64,000 nt of DNA from Ignavibacteriota bacterium (lineage in GTDB: Bacteria; Bacteroidota; Ignavibacteria; Tepidaquicellales; Tepidaquicellaceae), in assembly GCA_020437545.1 (NCBI GenBank), contig JAGQWH010000005.1, positions 229 through 64,228 on the forward strand, written 5' to 3'. The translations under genes were made by a program, and so were the position numbers. Below, piece by piece: positions 8,604 to 17,347 of the stretch. Below the pieces are notes generated by a model. That model saw only the letters and a program-made list of their open reading frames with translations. It made no database searches and had not been told where the DNA came from. The first letter of the stretch is position 1. Each line of letters begins with the position of its first letter.

Positions 8604-10535
8604 TCAGGAAACCTGGAGATCGGAAGGGATTGATTTTTCATCACCGGTTACATACTCAGGTACAAGACGTTTCAGCATGCTGACTATGAGTTCTTTGTCA
8701 TTTTCATGTCTCTTATTGATAAGCGTTTCAAGATTGTATTCAAAATTTTCCGGAATGAAATGACTGGCATTGGAAGCGATCAATATTTTTTCGTGAAGAG
8801 TCTTTTCATAGATCTCTCCGGCTATAAAGAGTTCTTCATAAAGTTTTTCACCCGATCTTAAGCCTGTCTGAACAATCTTAATATCTTTATCAACTTCATA
8901 ACCCGAAAGTCTGATAATATCCTTTGCAAGGTCAATGATCTTTATCGGTTTACCCATATCAAGAACAAAAATTTCACCGCCGTTACCAATAACAGATGCC
9001 TGCAATACGAGCTGCACAGCTTCAGGTATAGTCATAAAGAATCTCTGAATATCGGGGTGAGTAATAGTTACGGGACCGCCTTCTGATATCTGTCTTTTGA
9101 AAGTAAGAACTACACTTCCCCTGCTTCCAAGTACATTTCCAAAACGGACAGCAGAGTAATTCTTTCCGTAAGTTCTTCCGGCATTCAATACGATCATTTC
9201 AGCAACTCTTTTGCTTGCGCCCATTATGCTTGAAGGGTTAACAGCTTTGTCAGTTGATATAAATACAAAATGCTCTACATTGTGTTTCAGAGAAAGCTCG
9301 ATCAGATTCTGAGTACCTTTAATATTATTGCTGATGGCTTCACATGAATTCACTTCCATCATCGGAACGTGTTTATGAGCGGCGGCATGAAAGATTACAT
9401 CAGGCTGAGTTTCGGCTATAATCCTGTCAAGCCTTTTATAAGATCTGATATTGGCAATTACAGTCTGCACATTCGTTTTATATGCTTTGCCATTTGTTAC
9501 TGACAGTCGTTTCAGTATCTCATGCTGTATATCAAAAATAGAATTTTCACCCTGACCCAGCAGTATGATTTCCGAAGGATGACATTTGATGATCTGTCTG
9601 CATAACTCGCTTCCTATTGAGCCACCTGATCCGGTAACAAGAACTTTTTTACCCTGAAGAAAATCTTCAACTTTTTTGATATCCGTTTTTACCGGCTCTC
9701 TTCTTAAAAGATCTTCGATCTGCACATTTCTTATACTGTCTATTCTTACTTTATCATCGAGTATCTCATATATTCCGGGTATAGTTCTCGCCTGTACACC
9801 AGATTTTCTGCAGATAGATACAATGTCTCTTATCTCTGAGCCCGGTGCTGTCGGCATTGCAATGATTACTTTATTGATATTCATTTTGGCAATGATCTCG
9901 GGTAAACTGTGACGAGTGCCAAGGACAGGAATTCCCCTGATCTTCAGACCTTTTTTCTCAATATCATCATCTACGAAAGCTACGGGATTCAAACCAAGCT
10001 GAGGATTTCTCTGCATCTCCTGAATGATGGAACTGCCGGCTTTTCCCGATCCGACTATCAGAACTCTTTCTCCGTGATATGATATTTTCCTTTTCTCATT
10101 AATACGTTCTATGAGTCTGATGCTGAATCTTGCTCCGGCAACAAAAAAGAAAGTTATAATTCCGGTAAGTAATGGGAGAGATAAAGGTAGAACTTCAAAT
10201 CCCAGAATTGAGAATGAATTTAATAATATAAATACACCAGTCTGAACTATGACAGCCCAGAAGATTATGTATATGAGTTTTGCAAGTTCATCAATGCTGG
10301 CATTAGTCCAGTCACGATTGTATAATCCTAGTTTGTAATAAACTACTATGTCAATAAAAAGGAAAACTAATGTAGACCAGAATATTGGTATTAAATATAG
10401 CGAGAAATCTACTTTTCCGTCAAGCCTTAATACAAGAGCAAGTAAAGGGCTGATCAGTAAAAATATACAATCGAAGAATAAGAAATGCCTGTTACGTAAT
10501 TTAAGTAATCTGTTATTTAATAAACTTTCAAGCAT
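8604..10535 (-). CDS. capD: Membrane-bound nucleotide-sugar 4,6-dehydratase, CapD/PglF/WbpM family
   Basis: 643 aa. N-terminal TM helices are followed by two Rossmann motifs (VLIVGSGKAGSS; VLVTGSGGSIGSEL) and an FISTDKAVNPSSIMGASKRVAE catalytic block. Confidence 0.9.
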   Translation of the reverse strand: MLESLLNNRLLKLRNRHFLFFDCIFLLISPLLALVLRLDGKVDFSLYLIPIFWSTLVFLFIDIVVYYKLGLYNRDWTNASIDELAKLIYIIFWAVIVQTGVFILLNSFSILGFEVLPLSLPLLTGIITFFFVAGARFSIRLIERINEKRKISYHGERVLIVGSGKAGSSIIQEMQRNPQLGLNPVAFVDDDIEKKGLKIRGIPVLGTRHSLPEIIAKMNINKVIIAMPTAPGSEIRDIVSICRKSGVQARTIPGIYEILDDKVRIDSIRNVQIEDLLRREPVKTDIKKVEDFLQGKKVLVTGSGGSIGSELCRQIIKCHPSEIILLGQGENSIFDIQHEILKRLSVTNGKAYKTNVQTVIANIRSYKRLDRIIAETQPDVIFHAAAHKHVPMMEVNSCEAISNNIKGTQNLIELSLKHNVEHFVFISTDKAVNPSSIMGASKRVAEMIVLNAGRTYGKNYSAVRFGNVLGSRGSVVLTFKRQISEGGPVTITHPDIQRFFMTIPEAVQLVLQASVIGNGGEIFVLDMGKPIKIIDLAKDIIRLSGYEVDKDIKIVQTGLRSGEKLYEELFIAGEIYEKTLHEKILIASNASHFIPENFEYNLETLINKRHENDKELIVSMLKRLVPEYVTGDEKSIPSDLQVS

Positions 10536-10856
10536 TTTTTTATATTATACACACATTTTTCAAAAGCCTTATTAGATCATCGATACAAAAAAGAACACTT
10601 TGATCAAGTATCTTTTTTTTTAGGGTGTATTTTTTGATGTCTTAAATTACAAAAAGTATGTAATTGTTGCAATTTACTTTTTTAAATGTGGATTTTTAAT
10701 AAAGCTACCAGTAAAACGAAGCACGGATCTCTTTTAATTTTTTAAAAATTCCTGAAGACCGGAAGGAATGGTAAATTATTTCAGACAATAAGTCATTAAA
10801 AACAGATCCATATACTATATGACGAAATTCAGATAAGAATAAAACACATTATCATC

Positions 10857-11447
10857 TTATGAAAATACCGCGGTTAGGGTTTTCAATATGACTTTAAGAT
10901 CCTTAAAAACTGATCGTTGATTTATGTATTCAAGATTTAGATCGATCTTGTCCGGCATTATTATTTCAATATAATATTTTTCAGGATCTTCTGCTTTTTC
11001 GAGCAGCTCGTTTTCATTTCTGTATTTTATGGAAGCTACATCCGTGATACCGGGTGACACATCAAGTACTTTTCTCTGCTCTTCAGTATAAATATCCACA
11101 TACTTTCTTACTTCAGGTCTTGGTCCGACAAAACTCATTTCACCGATCAAAACATTTATAAGTTGCGGTAACTCATCCAGTTTGAATTTCCTTAAATAAT
11201 ATCCCGACCGGGTAATTCTCGGATCTCTTCCTCCAACAGTCAGTAATCCTTTCTTGTCCGAATCCGGATTCATTGTCCTGAATTTATATAAGCTGAAATC
11301 CTTATTATTCTTCCCTACCCTTGATTGTTTATAAAAAACCGGTCCTTTGGAATCAAGTTTTATAACTATAGCTACGATAATAAAAACCGGGAGCAGTATT
11401 AATAAACCGGCTGCAGAAAATATAATATCAAAGATCCTTTTAAACAT
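10857..11447 (-). CDS. Initiating phosphoglycosyl transferase (small PglC/WbaP-C-type bacterial sugar transferase)
   Basis: 196 aa. N-terminal re-entrant helix (FDIIFSAAGLLILLPVFIIVAIVI), then YKFRTM and DELPQLINVLIGEMSFVGPRP motifs. Confidence 0.9.
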   Translation of the reverse strand: MFKRIFDIIFSAAGLLILLPVFIIVAIVIKLDSKGPVFYKQSRVGKNNKDFSLYKFRTMNPDSDKKGLLTVGGRDPRITRSGYYLRKFKLDELPQLINVLIGEMSFVGPRPEVRKYVDIYTEEQRKVLDVSPGITDVASIKYRNENELLEKAEDPEKYYIEIIMPDKIDLNLEYINQRSVFKDLKVILKTLTAVFS

Positions 11448-11448
11448 T

Positions 11449-12663
11449 TCAATTATTCATAACTGAGTCATAAGATCCGGTTACAGATTCTATAATTGTA
11501 ATTACATCCTCATCACTTAACTGCGGATATACCGGTAATGTGATCTCACGGGAATAGTTATCATAACTTACCGGATAGTCCGATATATCATAATTACGAT
11601 CTTTAAAGATCTTCAGCATTGGCAGAGGAACAAAATGAACATTTACGGCAACTTCCCTTTTATTGATCTCTTCTATGATCTGATCTCTCTGCTCTTCAGT
11701 AATTCCTCTGATCCTTAAAGGATAGATATGATAGGAAGTTTCTTTGATTTCATTTTTCGATGGCGGTAATTCTGCCCATTCCTTATTTCTGAAACCTTCA
11801 TTATATTTTTCAAAAATTTCCTTTCTGCTGATCAGAAGATCGGAAGTGTATTTTCTGATCTGCGCCAGACCTACCGCCGCACAGATGTCATTGAGATTAA
11901 TTTTAAATCCGGGATAGACTATATCATACTTCCAGTTTCCTCCAAGTGATTTTGTAAATGCGTCTTTAGTCTGTCCGTTAAGAGACAGAAGTCTGAGCCA
12001 TTTGTAAATTTCATCATTATCAAACTTTCCGGGAAGATTGATACAGATAGCCCCGCCTTCGGCTGTGGTCACATTCTTGACCGCATGAAATGAAAATACA
12101 GACACATCACACAAAGAACCGCTTGGCTTATCTTTATACATTGCTCCGATAGAATGAGCAGCGTCTGACATTACCAGTATCCTGCCGAGCATCCTCTGAA
12201 CTTCATTCGTAGAAATGAATATTTTCTTTACCTCTTCATCATTGACTATATCATAGATACCGTCATAGTCGCAGGGATATCCTGCAATATCAACAGGGAC
12301 AATTGCTTTTGTTCTTGGAGTAATGTGTTTTTTAATTTCATCAGGATTGATATTAAAATCGGTACCAACATCTACTATCACCGGTTTTGCGCCGAGATGC
12401 ATTACAGCAAGAGCTGTAGCGCAATATGTGTATGCAGGAACGATCACTTCATCTCCCTTGCCAATTCCAAACCAGTGAAGGACAAGCATCATTGCCGAGG
12501 TTGCGGAATTGACGCAAAGCACATTTTCAATTCCAGTCAGTTTTGCAACTTCCTTTTCAAGCGCATTGACTTTCGGACCGGTTGTGATCCAGCCTGAATT
12601 CAATGACTCCAATACTTCGTTTTTCACATCATCATCAATAAATGGCGGTGAGAAAGGTATCAT
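11449..12663 (-). CDS. DegT/DnrJ/EryC1/StrS-family sugar aminotransferase (PglE/EpsN-like)
   Basis: 404 aa. PLP-lysine block SFHAVKNVTTAEGG and GDEVIVPAYTYCATA. It has a 4-nt overlap with the upstream gene. Confidence 0.9.
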   Translation of the reverse strand: MIPFSPPFIDDDVKNEVLESLNSGWITTGPKVNALEKEVAKLTGIENVLCVNSATSAMMLVLHWFGIGKGDEVIVPAYTYCATALAVMHLGAKPVIVDVGTDFNINPDEIKKHITPRTKAIVPVDIAGYPCDYDGIYDIVNDEEVKKIFISTNEVQRMLGRILVMSDAAHSIGAMYKDKPSGSLCDVSVFSFHAVKNVTTAEGGAICINLPGKFDNDEIYKWLRLLSLNGQTKDAFTKSLGGNWKYDIVYPGFKINLNDICAAVGLAQIRKYTSDLLISRKEIFEKYNEGFRNKEWAELPPSKNEIKETSYHIYPLRIRGITEEQRDQIIEEINKREVAVNVHFVPLPMLKIFKDRNYDISDYPVSYDNYSREITLPVYPQLSDEDVITIIESVTGSYDSVMNN

Positions 12664-14264
12664 TTTATAATTTCCTCCGGATTATTTTTTTTAGAATTAT
12701 TTAACATTATTAAAAGAAACGGCAGACTGAAATAATAAACAAACTCAACTGTGTAGCTGTACCTCGAAAGCGATACTTCAACAAGACTTACGAGTATTGC
12801 TTTAAATATAAATGTCATGCATAAAAGGAACGGTATCAACGCATCAGTATTATTAAATCTGCTTTTGAATAATTTATATATGCTTAATCCAAATACAGCA
12901 AAATATAATAATATCCATAAAATATTTCTGAATACCAGATTATAAATTTTTTCAAACACATTATAAACGCTTTTATAAATTCCGTCACTGATAACGACCG
13001 TGCCTTGCTCATTCACAATTACAGAACTCAATTTTTTCTGTCCGGAAATTTCATCCGCGAATAAGGCTGCTACTTTTTCATTATCAGATCTGTCAGAAGA
13101 TATCATTCTCCATCTGCCTGATGTAAGCTCTTTAGTATATTTTTCATCTATCACAGATCTTGTATAGACATTCGCCATTTGTTCATAATAATCCATTGTA
13201 ATCCTCTGATTATTAAAGAAAAACATAAAATTACTCATCACAAATTTTCCATAGGATCGCGGACTTTTCTTTATGGCATCAATAGAAACTTTTCTCATAA
13301 TTGGCTGAATTGCAACAAAGGTCAGAGCCGGATCCAGTCTCATCAGGTCTTCAGTAAAATTAACCTGCCTGTAAAAGTTTTCATTAAAAGTATGATACAG
13401 CTCTGATATCCCCCATGAATTTCTTATGTAATTCTTCTGTGTTCTCGGGATCGAATCAAGAGTATTCTTGATAGCTTCATTGACTATTTCAGGATACTCT
13501 TCAGACGGCTCCATAAAAAGTATTGTAACTCCGGACAGATTCGCTTCTCCAAACGGCGTAATAGTAAATAATCCCAGAGAGTAATAGTTGTATGAGCATA
13601 AGCTGAATATGATAACAGTCATCGGAATTATCAGAGACAGGTAATATTTTAATCTGAATTTTTTTAAAAAAAAGTAAATAACCAGCAGAAACATTATTCC
13701 AAAAAGAAACAACGCGGCAGGTCTGATAAGAATTAAAACAGCAATTGATGCAGAGTATAATATCCATACTGAAGTTTTATTATTCTTCAAAGCATAGATA
13801 AGTAATCCGGCATTGATCAGTAGGAAATTTACAAAAATGGTTTCAGTGAGAATTGCCTTTTCGAGAACAAGGAAATAAGAAGATGATACATAAACAGTAA
13901 GCATTACTGCAAACAGGAATGTATAGCTTTTATATGTTTTGCTGATAATGTATAAAAACAAATAGCCTGTCAGCAACGTGAACAGACTCTGAGCCAGTGC
14001 AACTGCGTAAAAAGATTTTGAGATAAGCCAGACCGAATATAAAAAAAACGGGTATGCAGGTGTCCTTATATCAAATACAGGCGTGTCTGAATTCAGTAGG
14101 TCGATCGCAACGGCGCAGTATGAAGCACTATCACTCGACAATACAAGTACCGGATAAAATAAGAAATACTGAAGTCTCGTAAAAAGAAATACTATAGTAA
14201 ACAACAGTATACTATACGAAAACACTTTCTCAGGATCAGATAAAGTCTGAAGAATTTTCTTCAT
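12660..14264 (-). CDS. Polytopic membrane protein, probable GT-C-fold (ArnT/PMT_2-like) glycosyltransferase
   Basis: 534 aa. About 9 N-terminal TM helices with an acidic first-loop motif (SSDSASY), a large soluble loop and C-terminal TM helices. It is translationally coupled (TAATG at 14262..14266) to the GtrB-like GT2 upstream. Confidence 0.5.
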   Translation of the reverse strand: MKKILQTLSDPEKVFSYSILLFTIVFLFTRLQYFLFYPVLVLSSDSASYCAVAIDLLNSDTPVFDIRTPAYPFFLYSVWLISKSFYAVALAQSLFTLLTGYLFLYIISKTYKSYTFLFAVMLTVYVSSSYFLVLEKAILTETIFVNFLLINAGLLIYALKNNKTSVWILYSASIAVLILIRPAALFLFGIMFLLVIYFFLKKFRLKYYLSLIIPMTVIIFSLCSYNYYSLGLFTITPFGEANLSGVTILFMEPSEEYPEIVNEAIKNTLDSIPRTQKNYIRNSWGISELYHTFNENFYRQVNFTEDLMRLDPALTFVAIQPIMRKVSIDAIKKSPRSYGKFVMSNFMFFFNNQRITMDYYEQMANVYTRSVIDEKYTKELTSGRWRMISSDRSDNEKVAALFADEISGQKKLSSVIVNEQGTVVISDGIYKSVYNVFEKIYNLVFRNILWILLYFAVFGLSIYKLFKSRFNNTDALIPFLLCMTFIFKAILVSLVEVSLSRYSYTVEFVYYFSLPFLLIMLNNSKKNNPEEIIK

Positions 14265-15145
14265 TAACCGGATCTTCTGTTTTCATTAGAACTCAAAATG
14301 TGTTTAAGTTGTACTGACACCAATCCTATTCCAAACATTAATATAGAAAGGAATATAAACCCGATCCCGAATACCGTAAAGACAGGATTCCTTAGAAGTG
14401 CTGCTATTATTATGCAGATCGTTCCGCCCATTACTAGCGCTGAACTAAATACAATAAAAATTTTTATGGGATTGTAAAACAAAATTGCTTCCGTAATAAA
14501 CTGCAATGTCCTCATGGAATCCCTGAACAATCTTACTTTGGTCTTCCCTTCTCTCTTTTTATAATCGATAGGGAGATACTGAACAAATTTTCCGTTCATC
14601 ATATATGCCAGTGTAAGCGAAGTCGTGAAACTGAATGTATCACAAAGCTTAGAAAAGAACGGAAGTGTTTCCTGTTTTGAAAAAACCCTTAAGCCCGAAT
14701 TGATATCAGGTATTTTTCTGCCTGCGGTGAACTCAACCAGTTTTTTCAGAACAAGCCGTAACATTTTTTTCTTAAGTGATTCGTCATAATTCGCTCCCTG
14801 CCTTGCACCTACTACCATGTCAAAACCTTTTTCATATTCCCTGTAAAGAATTGGTATCATCTCCAGAGGATAAGTTCCGTCCGCATCCGTAATTACAATT
14901 GTATCATACCTGGCGGCTTTGATACCGTCCTTCAAAGATCTGCCGTATCCGATATTATGCGGGTGACTTAATGTTATAGCTCCTGCTTTAATGCTCATCT
15001 CTGCAGTTCTGTCAGTTGAGCCGTCATCAACGACTATGATCTCAGCATCTTCCATATTGTTTTGTTTCAATACTTTCATAATATCGAATACTGTTACTGC
15101 GATTACCGTACCTTCATTATATGCCGGAATAATAATAGAAAACAT
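14264..15145 (-). CDS. GT2 polyprenyl-phosphate glycosyltransferase (GtrB/ArnC/DPM1-like)
   Basis: 293 aa. FSIIIPAYNE...VVDDGSTDRT...ITDADGT is a GT-A DxD fold, followed by two C-terminal TM helices (IFIVFSSALVMGGTICIIIAALL; FGIGFIFLSILMFGIGLVSV) characteristic of the GtrB/ArnC type. Confidence 0.8.
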   Translation of the reverse strand: MFSIIIPAYNEGTVIAVTVFDIMKVLKQNNMEDAEIIVVDDGSTDRTAEMSIKAGAITLSHPHNIGYGRSLKDGIKAARYDTIVITDADGTYPLEMIPILYREYEKGFDMVVGARQGANYDESLKKKMLRLVLKKLVEFTAGRKIPDINSGLRVFSKQETLPFFSKLCDTFSFTTSLTLAYMMNGKFVQYLPIDYKKREGKTKVRLFRDSMRTLQFITEAILFYNPIKIFIVFSSALVMGGTICIIIAALLRNPVFTVFGIGFIFLSILMFGIGLVSVQLKHILSSNENRRSG

Positions 15146-15156
15146 TTTTTATAAAT

Positions 15157-15864
15157 TTAATTTTTTTTATAAACACTGATTAAAGAAATTCCAATGGGTG
15201 TCTTTAAAGGAAGAAAATTCCGGGAAAAAGGAACGATGTATTTATCAAACATTCCTATCTCGCCTTCCGTGTCATTTATATCGCCTGACTTTAATATTTT
15301 GTATACCGCCCAGTATCCGAGAGCTCCTATTAAATTAAAATAATACTGATCGATAAGTTTTACATTCTCTCCGGTATCAAAAGATCTCATCATATTCTTA
15401 TCATATCTTTTGAAATGCCCGGCCGCTTCATCAAATTTGGAATACAGAAACTGATGTGAAGGCACAAGATGAAAAAGCACACCGCCCGGTTTCAGGAGTT
15501 CCAGCAACTTCTTAAAAAAATTTACATCATCTTTCACATGCTCCATCACATTCATGCATACTATAAAATCATATTCACCTTCTGCATCCATGAGATCCAG
15601 ACACTCTATCTTTATTTCCTTACTGAAGTTTCTTTTCTTAATATGATCAATGGCAGCTGATGAAATGTCTATACAGTACATGCTGTCAAAATCACTCTGA
15701 TCAGTTATGAGTTTTGTAAACGAACCGACACCGCATCCAACTTCAAGTATATCGCCGTGAATATATTTTTTGAACAGATCAAAAGTCCACTGATTATAAT
15801 TAGTGGCTTTCTGCATTTGCTCCGCTGACGTAAATAATTCTGACATATCGTTATTCTTCATCAA
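15157..15864 (-). CDS. Class I SAM-dependent methyltransferase
   Basis: 235 aa. Motif I ILEVGCGVGSFT, followed by FDFIVCMNVMEHV and LKPGGVLF. Confidence 0.8.
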   Translation of the reverse strand: MMKNNDMSELFTSAEQMQKATNYNQWTFDLFKKYIHGDILEVGCGVGSFTKLITDQSDFDSMYCIDISSAAIDHIKKRNFSKEIKIECLDLMDAEGEYDFIVCMNVMEHVKDDVNFFKKLLELLKPGGVLFHLVPSHQFLYSKFDEAAGHFKRYDKNMMRSFDTGENVKLIDQYYFNLIGALGYWAVYKILKSGDINDTEGEIGMFDKYIVPFSRNFLPLKTPIGISLISVYKKN

Positions 15865-16513
15865 TTGCTTTTACAAAAACCGCAGGATTACCTGCATAAA
15901 TACTGAATGGCTTTACTTCACTGATTACGACACTTCCCGCGCCAACTATTGAACCCTTCCCTATCGTTACACCTTTCATTATAAAACAATTTGCTCCTAT
16001 CCATACATCATCTTCGATCTTCACAGGCTTTCTTACTATCTTATCCCATCTTTTTAATCTGTCCCTGTAAGGCACATTATGGGAATTTGTATCCATTATT
16101 ACTGTATTGGCACCGATCATTATCCTGTTTCCCAATGTTATCTCTTCTTCGGAAATGATGGAAGTTCCGTTGAGATAAACTTCATCACCGGTTGTAATTT
16201 TACCGGATTTTGAAGTTCTGAGAAAAACTCCGCCTGCAAGATTTCCTGAATTATATCCGCACTTTGCTGAGATAAGACGCATATTACTTCCCAGCTTTAT
16301 AGATCCTTTATTCTCAATTCTCGGGATTCCGAACACGGTTACATTCTTGCCGTAACTGACTCCGTTTAAATTCAGTATTATCTTTAGGAAAGGAGAAGTT
16401 ATAAAAGTTATGACTTTTGAAAAATGTAAAAGTCCGTCTTTTATCAGTTCATAGTAATTTTCATTACCTGTATCAAACTTAAGCTTCTCGTTATATTTAA
16501 ATAAAAAACTCAT
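15851..16513 (-). CDS. Hexapeptide-repeat (LbH) O-/N-acetyltransferase (WcaF/maltose acetyltransferase-like)
   Basis: 220 aa. Left-handed beta-helix repeats: IGANTVIMDTNSH and VWIGANCFIMKGVTIGKGSIVGAGSVV. Confidence 0.8.
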   Translation of the reverse strand: MSFLFKYNEKLKFDTGNENYYELIKDGLLHFSKVITFITSPFLKIILNLNGVSYGKNVTVFGIPRIENKGSIKLGSNMRLISAKCGYNSGNLAGGVFLRTSKSGKITTGDEVYLNGTSIISEEEITLGNRIMIGANTVIMDTNSHNVPYRDRLKRWDKIVRKPVKIEDDVWIGANCFIMKGVTIGKGSIVGAGSVVISEVKPFSIYAGNPAVFVKAIDEE

Positions 16514-16516
16514 AAT

Positions 16517-17347
16517 TTAAATTTTAGTACCGCTTCCGCTCCAGCTTACTCCTTTATATGCATTTATATTTACATCTCTGAATTCATTCTCATCAAACCA
16601 CTTGACAATCCTTTCCCTGCTTATAAAATCCACCTGCGGGGCGTTTAGTTTGTCAAACACATTAATATTATTTCTGTAAAATGACATTTTCCTGAAATTC
16701 TCAAAGTATTCATAGAAGGGTAAAAATTTCAATGGTAAAAGATAAATTGTATAAACCGGAATGTAAAGCATGGCTGTAATAAATTTTGAAATCCCGAGTA
16801 AAGTTCTTCTGCTGATATTTTTCAGAAACGCTTTTCTCAAAGGCTCCACTCCGAATTTCACAAGTCCGTTTCCTTCTTCGGAATAAACCCAGACTATAAG
16901 TTTACCGCCGGGTTTGACATGCCTGATTAAATTCTCAACTGTTTTATCAGGATCGTCAGTATGATGGATCACTCCAATGGAAAATACTATGTCAAATTTT
17001 TTCCCGAGATCCATTTTTGCAATATCGGCTTCTGTAAATTCTATATTGTCAAACTCCTTATTTTTTTCTTTTGCAATTTCAGTCGTATTCAGATCAACTG
17101 CAGTAATACTTTTTGCATAAGGAGCAATAAAATATGTATGCTGCCCGCCGCCGCAACCGCATTCCAGGACTTCCTTACCTCTGAAATCTTCCAGCGTATT
17201 TGGGAGTATCCAATCTTTGAATAAAAAAAGCTCGTTGTCCTGAAGCATTGTCCACTGCTCACTCCATTCTGATTGCTTTACCTGTTCAAGTTCCGATTTT
17301 TCTGTCATATACATATTTGTTGAATGTTTTGAATTCATCATTTCCAT
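16517..17347 (-). CDS. Class I SAM-dependent methyltransferase
   Basis: 276 aa. Motif I VLECGCGGGQHTYF, then FDIVFSIGVIHH and VKPGGKLIVW. The track start overlaps the upstream gene by 62 nt, so an internal Met (e.g. M14 at 17308) may be the true start. Confidence 0.8.
   Translation of the reverse strand: MEMMNSKHSTNMYMTEKSELEQVKQSEWSEQWTMLQDNELFLFKDWILPNTLEDFRGKEVLECGCGGGQHTYFIAPYAKSITAVDLNTTEIAKEKNKEFDNIEFTEADIAKMDLGKKFDIVFSIGVIHHTDDPDKTVENLIRHVKPGGKLIVWVYSEEGNGLVKFGVEPLRKAFLKNISRRTLLGISKFITAMLYIPVYTIYLLPLKFLPFYEYFENFRKMSFYRNNINVFDKLNAPQVDFISRERIVKWFDENEFRDVNINAYKGVSWSGSGTKI

Noticed and set aside
10536-10856. Bacteroides-style invertible promoter (fin-type inverted repeats) controlling the capsule locus
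   Set aside because: I found no flanking inverted repeats of useful length and no nearby recombinase or UpxY/UpxZ genes. Only a short 6-bp stem (ATTCCT...AGGAAT) is present.
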